A stretch of 64,000 nucleotides of DNA, taken from an uncultured Alphaproteobacteria bacterium (GTDB lineage Bacteria; Pseudomonadota; Alphaproteobacteria; MPNO01; UBA2964). The stretch spans positions 3,823,180 to 3,887,179 of the forward strand of contig OX638326.1 of assembly GCA_951812775.1 (NCBI GenBank). The letters are read 5' to 3'. Positions within the stretch are counted from its first letter, which is position 1. Every line of letters starts with the position of its first letter. The notes beneath the pieces were generated by a model, which saw only the letters and a program-made list of their open reading frames with translations, did not search any database and was not told the origin of the DNA. Both the position numbers and the translations under genes were made by a program. Of the stretch, positions 18,045 through 27,925 are shown piece by piece.

Positions 18045-19598
18045 TTAATCCTCGAAGCCGTACTCTTTCCAGCGGGCGTTGACCTTATCCATGTCTTCCT
18101 TATGCGGGATGACCATGGCGGGGTAACGATCGCCGTTATATTGCTCTTCCGGTTCGAAATCGAGGTTAACGGTCGCATCGATGAGGACCCGGCACCATTT
18201 GCCAGTGCCAAAGAGCATCGGATCCCGGTCTTTGAGGCGCGTCGATGGATCCAGCAATGACCCCCATGAACCTGGGAAAAAGACGATGTCATCTTCGGCT
18301 GCATTGACGCGATAGGCAAAGGCCCAATCCACCGCCGCATAATCGTGAATGTCGATGTCCTGATCGACTACCCAGATATGTTTGTATCGAAGATGCGATG
18401 CGTTTGAGCCCCAGATTGCGGCGGCTGCCTGTTTTGCCTGACCCCGATAGGTCTGGTTCAGCTGGATGAACAGCGTCGTACCGTTATTGGCAGGGGCGCA
18501 ATGGACGTCCGTCACACCTGGAACACCGGCACGTTCCAGAACATTCCAGGCCACACCAGCTCGCTGTACCGAACTCATAATGCTGTTCTCATTCAACATT
18601 GACGGTAGGGTGCCCTCGAGCGTGCCCCGGAAAATAGGCTGGTCGCGATGGGTAATAGCAGTGACTTTGGTGACATGCTTTGGTCCCTGATCGCCACCGA
18701 AATAACCGGTATATTCGCCAAACGGGCCCTCCATCTCGAACGTTGCCGGATCAGGATCAATAAATCCTTCAACCACCAATTCAGCGCTGGCTGGTACCAT
18801 GATGTCACTGGTCTCGCATTTGACGAGTTCAACTGGCTTGCCACGGATGGCGCCCATCACGTCATATTCTGAAACACCGGTTGGCACAGGGGCAGAAGCA
18901 CAATACGGCATGCAGGGTTCCCAACCATAGACGTGAGCAACCGGCATTTTCATGCCGCGGTCAGCCCATTTCTGGAAGTGAACACCCCAGTTCTGCGCGC
19001 GCCATAGGAGGACCGGCAGAGTGTCTTTTTGACCCAACATTCCCCGATAGATACCCAGGTTATGAACACCAGTGTCGGGGTCCATCGTAATCGTTGCCTG
19101 GAAGGTGTTGATGTAGCGGCCGCCATCTTCGCGATGCCATTTTGGAATTGGAAAATCGTACAGGTTAATATCGTCGCCTGTGACGATGTTTTCCTTTACC
19201 GGCCCGTTATCTACTTCAACCGGTGCAACTCGTTGGCTCAGATAGTAGCGCGTGGCCTGCACCATATCGGTAACAGATGCATCTTTTGGCAGGCCCAGCG
19301 TCATTGCGATGCGCGAGAAGTTCGACATACCGCCAGTAAATAGCTGACTGCAGCGCGCGTCATCGCCGTTATAACCGCCGATATTCTTGAACAGCAGGGC
19401 AGGGCCGTTGCCTGTACCAAACGCCTTGCGGGCGACGGTTCCCAGTTCGCAATCCCAATCGACCTCAGCGTTGATTTCCTGCAATTCGCCTTCGGCGCGC
19501 AGTGCTTCGATCCATTCCCGAAGATCGCCATATGCTTTGGGTTGCAGTCTGTTCGAGACACCGCCAAAGGCGTCAATATCATTGTCTGTTCCGGCCAT
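18045..19598 (-). CDS. UbiD-family (prFMN-dependent) decarboxylase, VdcC/BsdC-like paralog 1
   Basis: 517 aa; ALLFKNIGGY, GIYRGM, SEYDVMGAIRGKPVELVKCET, EGPFGEYTGYFGG, VVDQDIDIHD motifs align with phenolic-acid decarboxylase C subunits; distinct from the canonical ubiD at 40566..42065. Confidence 0.75.
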   Translation of the reverse strand: MAGTDNDIDAFGGVSNRLQPKAYGDLREWIEALRAEGELQEINAEVDWDCELGTVARKAFGTGNGPALLFKNIGGYNGDDARCSQLFTGGMSNFSRIAMTLGLPKDASVTDMVQATRYYLSQRVAPVEVDNGPVKENIVTGDDINLYDFPIPKWHREDGGRYINTFQATITMDPDTGVHNLGIYRGMLGQKDTLPVLLWRAQNWGVHFQKWADRGMKMPVAHVYGWEPCMPYCASAPVPTGVSEYDVMGAIRGKPVELVKCETSDIMVPASAELVVEGFIDPDPATFEMEGPFGEYTGYFGGDQGPKHVTKVTAITHRDQPIFRGTLEGTLPSMLNENSIMSSVQRAGVAWNVLERAGVPGVTDVHCAPANNGTTLFIQLNQTYRGQAKQAAAAIWGSNASHLRYKHIWVVDQDIDIHDYAAVDWAFAYRVNAAEDDIVFFPGSWGSLLDPSTRLKDRDPMLFGTGKWCRVLIDATVNLDFEPEEQYNGDRYPAMVIPHKEDMDKVNARWKEYGFED

Positions 19599-19757
19599 TA
19601 TCCTGTTCTTTCAAGTTCCATACGCTGGCGTGTGGTTGTGTTAATTCCGCGACGAATATTCGTCAACCGCAATACTGAAGTTTCACCGTTTTGAGCGGCT
19701 CACCCCCAATTCGTCGGCAGAATTTCAAAATTTTAGGTATAAATCAAATTTAATTTG

Positions 19758-19774
19758 TTTATATTAAATATAAA
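19758..19774. promoter_or_regulatory. A/T palindrome TTTATATTAAATATAAA in the AT-rich divergent region between the UbiD-like gene and the LysR gene (candidate LysR-type T-N11-A box)
   Basis: 7-bp inverted arms with a 3-bp spacer; lies in the 254-bp very AT-rich intergenic region 19599-19852. Confidence 0.3.
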
Positions 19775-19852
19775 TACAAATTATGGATTGTTTGTCTGAA
19801 TTTTTTGAAGTTTGCCGTTTGTCTATGATCTATCTATCTGGTCAAAATTGAC

Positions 19853-20779
19853 GTGGTTGATCTCCGTAGTTTTGATTTCAATCTTGTTCGGGTGCTGGTC
19901 ATGCTCGAGGAAGAAAGAAGTGTAACCAGCGCGGCAACACGTCTCGGCATAACACAGCCTGCGGTAAGTGCAGCTTTGGCCCGTATGCGCGAAGCATTTG
20001 ATGATCCATTATTCATAAGAACCCAACGGGGCATGACGCCCTCTATCCGGGGTGCAGAGTTGGCGCGCGCGGCAAAGTTGGTTTTGCATGATTTTGAAGA
20101 GCTGTTTGCGACTAAGTCCTTTGATCCGGCAACGGCAGAGGCAAGCCTGACTGTCGGCGCCAACGATTACGGCCAATTCTCTATCGTGGCCCCCTTGCTG
20201 AAGACTATTCGGAACTCAGCCCCTGGCATCAGAATTAATGTACGGCCTTTGGAAGATGATATTTGCGGGCAGCTCGAACGCCAGGAGATAGATGTCGCCA
20301 TTACGTTGCTGTCGAAATCGCCCCAGAACGCCATCGCGACCCGTCTCTTCAGTGAAGATTTTGTCGGAGCCGTTGATAAGGCAAATAATTCTGTTGGCTC
20401 TAGAGTCTCTCTGGATGAGTTCTGTGGGTTTGAGCATGTGCGTGTTTCAGTTGCTAACACGCGGCTCACGGATCCTGTGGATGAGGAGCTCAAGATCAAA
20501 GGTCGTCGTCGCGATATTGTTTTGACGATACCGAACTTTTTTATGATCCCCAGCCTGCTTCGCGGATCCGATCTTTTTAGTGTCGTTCCGCTAAGACTCA
20601 CGCGGTACTTTGATTGGACATTGAAGCCCGTCGCACTGCCGCTTCACCTTCCGGGTTTTACGATGAACCTTATTTGGCACCAGCGAACGGTAGACTCGCC
20701 ACGTCACGTATGGCTGCGAGAACAGCTACAATCTATTTCGCGCTCAATTGAAAAGGGCGCGGCGGATAAAAACCGCTAA
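19853..20779 (+). CDS. LysR-family transcriptional regulator
   Basis: 308 aa; N-terminal wHTH LVRVLVMLEEERSVTSAATRLGITQPAVSAALARMRE; divergent from one UbiD-like gene and followed by a second. Confidence 0.85.
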   Translation: MVDLRSFDFNLVRVLVMLEEERSVTSAATRLGITQPAVSAALARMREAFDDPLFIRTQRGMTPSIRGAELARAAKLVLHDFEELFATKSFDPATAEASLTVGANDYGQFSIVAPLLKTIRNSAPGIRINVRPLEDDICGQLERQEIDVAITLLSKSPQNAIATRLFSEDFVGAVDKANNSVGSRVSLDEFCGFEHVRVSVANTRLTDPVDEELKIKGRRRDIVLTIPNFFMIPSLLRGSDLFSVVPLRLTRYFDWTLKPVALPLHLPGFTMNLIWHQRTVDSPRHVWLREQLQSISRSIEKGAADKNR

Positions 20780-20789
20780 CTATTGCTCG

Positions 20790-22340
20790 TCAAACCGGTT
20801 TAAGCGGATCGCCCCATTTATCCATGCCAAGCTGGGCCCAGCGATTACGGATGTTTTCTGCATCCGCTTCGTCCGGGTGGATTGTCGGCGGATACCGTCG
20901 ACCATCCTCACCAGGTTCGTAATCCAAATTGATGGTGCAGTCGAACAAGACACGGTGCCATTTCCCGGTGCCAAACAAATGGACATTGGAATCACGTGTT
21001 CTGACGCTGGGATCCAGTCCGGCGCCCCAATTCTCCGGATAAACGACGAGATCACCTTCTCCGGCGTTAAAACGCCACGCCATTGCCCAATCGATAGCAT
21101 CGTAATCATGCACATCAATGTCTTCATCGACGACAGTGACATGTTTGTATCGAACATGGGATGCGGAATTACCCCATAACGCGGCAGCAACCTGTTTCGC
21201 CTGTCCGCGATAGGTCTGCTTGATTGAAACAACTGTATTCACACAGGCCTGGATGGGCATGCCAAAGACGTCCTGAACACCTGGGACGCCCGCGGACTCA
21301 AGGGCATTCCAGGCGGTAGCGGATCGTTGGATCGAACTCATAATCGGGTTTTCGCCATAACTACCTGGAATGGCTCCTTCGACACAACCGCGGAAGATCG
21401 GTTTATCGCGATGGGTAATACAGGTGATCTGGGCGACATGTTTCGGGGAATGGTCGGGCGCGTAATAGCCGGTAAACTCGGCATAAGGACCCTCGGGTTC
21501 AAAGGTTGAGGGGTCGGTCGAAATCCACCCTTCAATGACGATTTCTGCATCAGCCGGAACCTGCAGCGGAACAGTTTCGCAATCGACAAGGTCGACGGGC
21601 TTACCGCGGATCGAACCCATAATGTCATATTCGGAAACTGACCGCGGTATCGGAGCACCACCGGTAAAGCCCATCGAAGGTTCCCAGCCGATAACAAAGG
21701 CAACCGGCATTTTGTCGCCGCGTTCCATGTGCTTGGCATAATGCGTGCCCCAACCCTGTGCCCGCCATAAAAGAACACCAAGCCGGTCCTTATCGAGAAC
21801 CATCCCGCGATAGATACCGATATTGTGGACATCTGTATCCGGGTCTTTGGTTACACAGCCAGCATAAGTCAGGGCGTAGCGGCCACCGTCGCCACGATTC
21901 CATTTTGGAACCGGGAATTTCAGCAGATCGATATCGTCTCCCTTAAGAATGTTCTCTTTTACAGCGCCAGTTTTGACGGTGTTGGGAGTGACCTGATTGT
22001 TAAAAATGGTTCGGCAAACCTGGACCAGGTCCTTCACAGGCGTATCGCGTGGTATACCGAACATCATTGCTAGACGTGAATAACTGCCCTGGCCTCCGGT
22101 GAAGACCTGAGAGGAAACGGCGTTGGGTCCGTTATAATCTGTGATGTTGTTGAACAGAAAGGCGGGGCCGTGGCCGGTCCCCTGTCCCATACGGATAATG
22201 TTGCCCAATTCGACGTCCCAGTTCACTTCCGCGTCGATTTCAGCGAGTTCCCCTTCTTTGCGCAGGGCGTCAATCCAACCCCGGAGGTCGCCATAGGCGA
22301 TGGGGGTGCGTTCTACGCTGGGTTCTTCTTGCTCAGTCAT
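20790..22340 (-). CDS. UbiD-family decarboxylase, VdcC/BsdC-like paralog 2
   Basis: 516 aa; same motif set as paralog 1 (AFLFNNITDYNG, GIYRGM, SEYDIMGSIRGKPVDLVDCET, EGPYAEFTGYY). Confidence 0.75.
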   Translation of the reverse strand: MTEQEEPSVERTPIAYGDLRGWIDALRKEGELAEIDAEVNWDVELGNIIRMGQGTGHGPAFLFNNITDYNGPNAVSSQVFTGGQGSYSRLAMMFGIPRDTPVKDLVQVCRTIFNNQVTPNTVKTGAVKENILKGDDIDLLKFPVPKWNRGDGGRYALTYAGCVTKDPDTDVHNIGIYRGMVLDKDRLGVLLWRAQGWGTHYAKHMERGDKMPVAFVIGWEPSMGFTGGAPIPRSVSEYDIMGSIRGKPVDLVDCETVPLQVPADAEIVIEGWISTDPSTFEPEGPYAEFTGYYAPDHSPKHVAQITCITHRDKPIFRGCVEGAIPGSYGENPIMSSIQRSATAWNALESAGVPGVQDVFGMPIQACVNTVVSIKQTYRGQAKQVAAALWGNSASHVRYKHVTVVDEDIDVHDYDAIDWAMAWRFNAGEGDLVVYPENWGAGLDPSVRTRDSNVHLFGTGKWHRVLFDCTINLDYEPGEDGRRYPPTIHPDEADAENIRNRWAQLGMDKWGDPLKPV

Positions 22341-22499
22341 TATCCGTACTCTCGTTCATTACTTGAATTTCATAAATTCACGGGGCGGGTACTGATAGAA
22401 CATCGGTTGCATCGCGTCCAGCCGAGCATTCTTGTAGAATCATTCTCGACCGGTTAGCGTGTGCGCCACGGGACTAATATATTTGCGGAGCGTATCAGG

Positions 22500-23324
22500 A
22501 TGCCCAAGCACCTTACTCAGGATCAGGTTGACGCCTATCATCGTGACGGGTTTGTCGGACCGGTTGACCTGTTTTCGACTGAAGAGGCGGCGCAGCTGCG
22601 CGCGAAGGTCGAAGAGGTTGAGGCGGAGATGGGCTCGCAAATTCAGCAACGCTGCAAGATTAAAGCGCACCTGCCTTTTACGTTTTTATGCGATGTGATT
22701 TCCCACCCAAAACTGCTCGACGCCGTTGAAGACATCATCGGTCCCAATATTCTGTGCTGGGGGTCGAGCTTTTTTCAGAAAGAAGCGCATGATCCGGGCT
22801 TTGTTTCCTGGCATCAGGACTCGACCTATTACGGTCTGGAGCCACCGGATACCTTGACCGCATGGCTGGCCATTTCGGACAGCAATCTAGAGAGCGGTTG
22901 TATGGAGTTTATTCCGGGCACGCATAATCAGGGCATCTACGACCATAAAGAGTTTAAAGCGGAAGACAATTTACTGTCTCGTGGCCAGACAATTGTTGGC
23001 GTCGATGAATCCAAAGCCCAGTCGATGATTCTCAAGGCTGGTCAGTTTTCTTTCCATAAGGAAGATTGTGTTCATGGCTCAGCCCCGAACAATTCGGATG
23101 ACCGTCGTATTGGGCTGTCTATTCATTATGTCCCTCCCTCAATAAAGGAGACTGGTTTCCCTGGTGCATCAGTGATGGTGCTACGTGGCGAGGATACCGA
23201 AGGGCACTGGGCAGTCGATATGACGCCGAAGAAAGACTGGGACCCAGAGTGTCTCGCGGAACTGGATCGGGTCTGGACCATGTATGATACAACGCCTCCG
23301 GAAGAACGGGAATCGGTGGCCTGA
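22500..23324 (+). CDS. phytanoyl-CoA dioxygenase (PhyH) family Fe(II)/2-oxoglutarate oxygenase
   Basis: MPKHLTQDQVDAYHRDGFVGP...WHQDSTYY...HxD...H facial triad context typical of PhyH family; start moved to ATG 22500 with upstream RBS. Confidence 0.7.
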   Translation: MPKHLTQDQVDAYHRDGFVGPVDLFSTEEAAQLRAKVEEVEAEMGSQIQQRCKIKAHLPFTFLCDVISHPKLLDAVEDIIGPNILCWGSSFFQKEAHDPGFVSWHQDSTYYGLEPPDTLTAWLAISDSNLESGCMEFIPGTHNQGIYDHKEFKAEDNLLSRGQTIVGVDESKAQSMILKAGQFSFHKEDCVHGSAPNNSDDRRIGLSIHYVPPSIKETGFPGASVMVLRGEDTEGHWAVDMTPKKDWDPECLAELDRVWTMYDTTPPEERESVA

Positions 23325-23329
23325 TCGCT

Positions 23330-24139
23330 GTGCCGATACCGGCACTTCAAACCACGAATATTGAAGGTCAAACCCTCGCCTGGCGCGAAGCTGGTGACGG
23401 AGACCCGTTGATCTTGCTGCATGGAATTGGCGGCATCTCGGAAAGTTGGGAAGCGCAACTCAGCGGCTTGAGTGATTGTCGCCGCATTATAGCCTGGGAT
23501 ATGCCGGGTTATGGCGGTTCTGATGGTTTCGACAATTCCGCACCGACCGTGGATGATTATGCTGGGCGTCTTTGTGCTCTGCTGGATTACCTGAATATCG
23601 ACCAGGCCCATATTTTGGGACAATCGATTGCAGCCCTCATAGCTGCCAGATACTGCGTACAGAATCATAAAAAGGTGCGGAGTTATATTTTTGCACATGG
23701 TCTGACCGGATTCGGCGGATTGGAACCAGCAGAGCGCGAAAAAGCGAAACGAGGTCGGCTGGAGGTGTTTAACGCGCTCGGGCCAAAAAGATTCGCCTAT
23801 GAAAAAGGGCCTGCAATTATGAGTCCTGGTGTTTCCGATGCCGCACGTGAGAAGGCCGTTGGCATCATGGCACAGGTCAAACCGGCAGGATTTCGGCAAG
23901 CTGTCGAGATGCTCAGTACGGCGGATTTTTTCGCAGATGTTGCCTATATGCAGACTCCATCCCTCGTTTTATGCGGTGCCGATGACCCCGTCGCTCCGGA
24001 GTCAATTTATCGTTCTGTACAGGCAGCCCTGACAAACGCACAATTTTGCCTTATTCCTGATGTAGGTCATTATTCGGCGACAGAAAACCCGGCCTTGTTT
24101 AATGCGACAATTTCAGGTTTTCTGGACGATGTTGCCTAA
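23330..24139 (+). CDS. alpha/beta-fold hydrolase
   Basis: 269 aa; LHGIGG...GQSIAA nucleophile elbow (GxSxA) and C-terminal His region. Confidence 0.7.
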   Translation: MPIPALQTTNIEGQTLAWREAGDGDPLILLHGIGGISESWEAQLSGLSDCRRIIAWDMPGYGGSDGFDNSAPTVDDYAGRLCALLDYLNIDQAHILGQSIAALIAARYCVQNHKKVRSYIFAHGLTGFGGLEPAEREKAKRGRLEVFNALGPKRFAYEKGPAIMSPGVSDAAREKAVGIMAQVKPAGFRQAVEMLSTADFFADVAYMQTPSLVLCGADDPVAPESIYRSVQAALTNAQFCLIPDVGHYSATENPALFNATISGFLDDVA

Positions 24140-24233
24140 TATTGTTTGTGTCATCTTTTATTTGACGCAGTGTCACAGGCGTGTAGATTCCGCCCATTGC
24201 GGATGAAGACATTTAATGAATAGGGAGAGAGTT

Positions 24234-25196
24234 ATGAAGTTTGTACCTTTAACACTCGCAACCGCCGCCGCGGTCGGGCTGGCCGCTTCGGCGTCTGCGC
24301 AGACCTTTGGTATCGGTTCGACTAAAGCCGGCGCCGTGTCGCAAATTACGGCGACAATTTCGAAAGCTGTTTCTGAACATGCCCCAGGCGTTCAGATGCG
24401 TAAGCAGACCATGGGCGGCACACAGCAGTATATTCCTGTGGTCAATGCTGGTGAACTGGGCTTCGGTATTTCGAATATTTCTCAGTACCATATGGCCAAG
24501 CAGGGCATCATGCTGTCAAAGGGCAAGAAGCATAAGAATTTGCGCATTATAACCACCATGATGAAATTTACGGTTAGCCCGGTTGTTTCTCTTAAGTCGG
24601 GTATTACGCGCGTTTCACAGATGAAAGGCAAACACGTCGCCAGTGGTTTTAAAGGTGCGCCGCTTTTCGTCAACATCACGAGTGGTGCTCTGGCAACCGA
24701 TAACCTGACGATGAAGGACGTTAAGAATGTTCCTCAGGTTGGTCTTGTGCAGCATTGGCGTGCTTTCATGGCCGGCAAAATTGACATGGCGATCGCCGCC
24801 GCAGGTTCGGGCTTCGTGAAACAGATGAATGCTAAAATCAAAGGCGGTATTCGTCATATCTCTTTTGACAAATCACCCGCTGCTCTTAAGCGCATGCAAA
24901 AGTGGTTCCCGCGGTCAGAATGGGCCGTCATTCAGCCGGCGAAAGGTTTGACAGGCGTTATCGAGCCGACAAATTTTGTCAGCTACGACTTCCTGCTCTG
25001 GACTCACAAAGGCCTCTCCAACGACGTCGCTTATAAGGTTGCAAAGGTCATGCACCAGCAAGAAAAGCAGCTTAAAGAAGGCGGCCCACTGTGGCGTTCC
25101 TACCGTGCCAACAAGCGCATGGCGAAGGATCAGGGTTATGCCTATCATCCTGGTGCTGTGAAGTACTATAAGGAAGTAGGCCTCTGGTCTCGTTAA
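24234..25196 (+). CDS. TAXI-family TRAP transporter solute-binding protein
   Basis: signal peptide MKFVPLTLATAAAVGLAASASA; GGTQQYIPVVNAGELGFGISN TAXI signature; strong RBS GGGAGAG before ATG 24234. Confidence 0.75.
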   Translation: MKFVPLTLATAAAVGLAASASAQTFGIGSTKAGAVSQITATISKAVSEHAPGVQMRKQTMGGTQQYIPVVNAGELGFGISNISQYHMAKQGIMLSKGKKHKNLRIITTMMKFTVSPVVSLKSGITRVSQMKGKHVASGFKGAPLFVNITSGALATDNLTMKDVKNVPQVGLVQHWRAFMAGKIDMAIAAAGSGFVKQMNAKIKGGIRHISFDKSPAALKRMQKWFPRSEWAVIQPAKGLTGVIEPTNFVSYDFLLWTHKGLSNDVAYKVAKVMHQQEKQLKEGGPLWRSYRANKRMAKDQGYAYHPGAVKYYKEVGLWSR

Positions 25197-25228
25197 TAGG
25201 TCAGAGCATTTGCAGAAGATTTAGTGTT

Positions 25229-25269
25229 ATGCCCGCGTCCTTTATTTGGACGCGGGCATTTTATTTTTG
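25229..25269 (+). terminator. rho-independent terminator after the TAXI SBP gene
   Basis: 12-bp perfect inverted repeat ATGCCCGCGTCC-TTTATTT-GGACGCGGGCAT followed by TTTATTTTTG. Confidence 0.65.
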
Positions 25270-25326
25270 AAAAAGTCACTTATAATTTCTCGATAATCTT
25301 TAAGAATATTCAGCGGAGATTTCGAC

Positions 25327-27312
25327 GTGTCCGATACGTCCTCGACGGCGGCAGCGCCAGAAAATAAAAAGGGTGCAGCGCTTCTTGAGCAATGGAAAGA
25401 AGGCCCCCTTGTAAACGTGTTGTGCCTCACCTGCGGAGCACTCATTACGATTATCGCCCTGAGCTGGGCTATCGAATTACCGCTCAAGGTTGGCTTCGAG
25501 TGGTTGGACGAGCAGGCTATGGTCGCCTGCTATGGTCTCGTGCTGACTATCGTCTTTATCCGATTTCCAGCGAGCGGTGGGAAAAACCGACCTTCAATAC
25601 CCTGGTATGACGTTATCCTGGCTGCGCTAGGATTTGGCACATGCTCTTATCTGCTCTGGGTGTATGGAGATATTGAGTTAAATCCGTTTGCCATGCGGCC
25701 AACGATGTTTTGGATAAGTCTCGTTATCTTACCGATGACAGTCGAGGCCTTGCGCCGGACCGCCGGTATGAGCCTGACAATTATTTTTTCTGTCTTTGTC
25801 GTTTATGCCTATCTGGGGCATTTCCTGCCGGAACATGGGTTCCTGTTTCAGGCGCCACATCGGTTAACAGCGGAACTGGGAACAAATAACGCGTCGCTCC
25901 TTGGGTTGCCGCTCAAAATTATCGTTTTGACTGTCGTGCTCTTTATTTGGATGGGGCAGTTGCTTCTCCATACTGGAGCGTCGGAATGGTTTACAGATCT
26001 CGCAGCGGCGATGATGGGTCGTTCACGGGGTGGTTCTGCAAAGATCGCCGTTGTTGCTTCGGGTTTCTTTGGATCAATTTCTGGTTCCGCGGTTGCTAAT
26101 GTTGCCTCCACAGGCGTGATTACGATCCCGTTAATGCAGCAGGCGGGGTATGACCGCAAGAGCTCCGGCGCTATTGAGGCCGTTGCCTCGACCGGTGGAC
26201 AAATTATGCCACCTATCATGGGTGCTGCCGCCTTCCTGATGGCGGAAATTCTGGAGCTGGAATATACCGAGATTATTCTCGCAGCGCTGATTCCGGCGGC
26301 GTTGTATTATCTGGCGGTCTTTGTTCAGGTCGATCTGGAAGCCGCCAAGAACAAGATTGCGCCCCTACCAAAAGATCGAATTCCCTTAATTGGGAAGGTT
26401 ATGAGAGAAGGCTGGTTCTTCCTGCTGCCCTACGTGATTCTGGTGTGGACATTGTTCTCGTTGAATTTGCCACCGCAGGAATCTGCTTTCTGGGCTGCGA
26501 TTTCAGTGGCCGGCGTTAGCCTGATATTTGGGTATAAGGGGCATCGTATTTCGCCCAAGCAAATTTGGGACTCAATCGCTGGCTGCGGTAAGTCATCGGC
26601 TGACATCGTCGCGATTGGCGCGATGGCCGGTATCATCATCTCGATACTGGATCGGACAGGCCTGGGGCAGTCATTGACCTTGCTTCTCGCCGCTGTTGGC
26701 GAAGACAGCCTGTTCCTGCTGCTGGTCCTTACAGCGATTGTGTCGATCCTGCTTGGCATGGGAATGCCAACCTCGGCGATCTACCTGTTGTTGGCCACGA
26801 TGATCGCGCCGTCGCTGATCAAGCTCGGCATTCACCCGATTTCAGCCCATATGTTCGTGCTGTATTTCGGTCTGATGTCGATGATTACGCCGCCCGTGGC
26901 AATAGCCGCCTTCGCGGCGGCGAACCTATCGGGGGCCAAACCGATGGAGACCGGCGCAACGGCCGTTCGACTTGGTTGGATCGCCTATGTCGTGCCATTC
27001 ATATTTGTTCTGTCGCCTGCCTTGCTGTGGCAGGGCGAACCAATGGCCATCTTCACGGGGGCGGTGACAGCCTTTATCGGGGTGTGGTTTGGCTCATGTG
27101 GGCTGATCGGCTACATGTTTGGGCCACAGGGAACAATTGGCAGGGTCTTGCTGTTTGTCGCAGGAATATTGCTCCTGCTACCAGCGGACGCGATATCAAA
27201 CGGCTTGTTGATCAACGGTATCGGCCTGGCAATCGGGGTAATCTGGGGAACCAAAGATTATTTGGCGAACCCGAAGTCGAAGAAAACCGCTGAAGTGAGT
27301 AGCGGCGAGTAA
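25327..27312 (+). CDS. TAXI-type TRAP transporter fused permease (DctQ-like + DctM-like)
   Basis: 661 aa polytopic membrane protein directly downstream of the TAXI SBP. Confidence 0.75.
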   Translation: MSDTSSTAAAPENKKGAALLEQWKEGPLVNVLCLTCGALITIIALSWAIELPLKVGFEWLDEQAMVACYGLVLTIVFIRFPASGGKNRPSIPWYDVILAALGFGTCSYLLWVYGDIELNPFAMRPTMFWISLVILPMTVEALRRTAGMSLTIIFSVFVVYAYLGHFLPEHGFLFQAPHRLTAELGTNNASLLGLPLKIIVLTVVLFIWMGQLLLHTGASEWFTDLAAAMMGRSRGGSAKIAVVASGFFGSISGSAVANVASTGVITIPLMQQAGYDRKSSGAIEAVASTGGQIMPPIMGAAAFLMAEILELEYTEIILAALIPAALYYLAVFVQVDLEAAKNKIAPLPKDRIPLIGKVMREGWFFLLPYVILVWTLFSLNLPPQESAFWAAISVAGVSLIFGYKGHRISPKQIWDSIAGCGKSSADIVAIGAMAGIIISILDRTGLGQSLTLLLAAVGEDSLFLLLVLTAIVSILLGMGMPTSAIYLLLATMIAPSLIKLGIHPISAHMFVLYFGLMSMITPPVAIAAFAAANLSGAKPMETGATAVRLGWIAYVVPFIFVLSPALLWQGEPMAIFTGAVTAFIGVWFGSCGLIGYMFGPQGTIGRVLLFVAGILLLLPADAISNGLLINGIGLAIGVIWGTKDYLANPKSKKTAEVSSGE

Positions 27313-27321
27313 CAGTTTGGG

Positions 27322-27351
27322 AAAGAGCGGCTAGAGCACTGGCCGCTCTTT
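27322..27351. terminator. hairpin between convergent TRAP permease and thioesterase genes (possible bidirectional terminator)
   Basis: AAAGAGCGGC-tagagcactg-GCCGCTCTTT, then TTACCAACTTTTTG. Confidence 0.4.
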
Positions 27352-27780
27352 TACCAACTTTTTGCCCTTCTCAAGAATTTCCTCCGGCCACGGCGTGGAT
27401 TTGCGGGTGATCGTGTCTAGCGAAACACACACTTGATCATTGATCGCACATATTTCGTCGGTGCAGGCATCGATCATCACACCCCATACATGAAGGCTTT
27501 TAGGCGTGAAGTTGATAAAGCAAGTTCTGATTTGAATCAGGTCACCCGGCAGGATCTCCCGCTTATATTCAAAGTTTTCGGTCACTGCCGCCATACCGCG
27601 GTCATTTTCTCGCATATAGGTTGGCGTAATATTCGCCGTCGTGAAGGTGAAATAGGCCGCTTCGTTAAACGCGCGGCTGTAATAGCGCACGTTGGCGTGC
27701 CCCATATGATCGGTTTCCATTGGATAGAACATACCCTGATAGGCGATGTTGAAATCCTTGAAGCGTTCCAGCGGTGACAT
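27331..27780 (-). CDS. acyl-CoA thioesterase, hotdog-fold (4HBT/YbgC-like)
   Basis: 149 aa; size and hotdog-fold sequence features; low-complexity-free, conserved D/H-rich N-terminal region. Confidence 0.6.
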   Translation of the reverse strand: MSPLERFKDFNIAYQGMFYPMETDHMGHANVRYYSRAFNEAAYFTFTTANITPTYMRENDRGMAAVTENFEYKREILPGDLIQIRTCFINFTPKSLHVWGVMIDACTDEICAINDQVCVSLDTITRKSTPWPEEILEKGKKLVKERPVL

Positions 27781-27925
27781 GGTTATTCAGAATATTGTTG
27801 TTTAAATTCGCCGCGACTATAGCTCGGGCGAGGAGCCTGTCAATTCTGGTGCCGTTGAAGGCCAAAGCGTAGCGGCTTAATCTAATCGAAATAGCGTTTG
27901 CACGTTCCCAACAAAGGTACCTGTC

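Noticed and set aside
22461-22499. Upstream extension of the PhyH ORF, and similar extensions of coxB (55209), rsmE (47278), ubiA (to 47406), pmbA (to 40633) and the TAXI SBP (24216)
   Set aside because: The extensions lack RBSs or overlap the neighbouring gene. Internal ATGs with good RBSs and homology-consistent N-termini were preferred.
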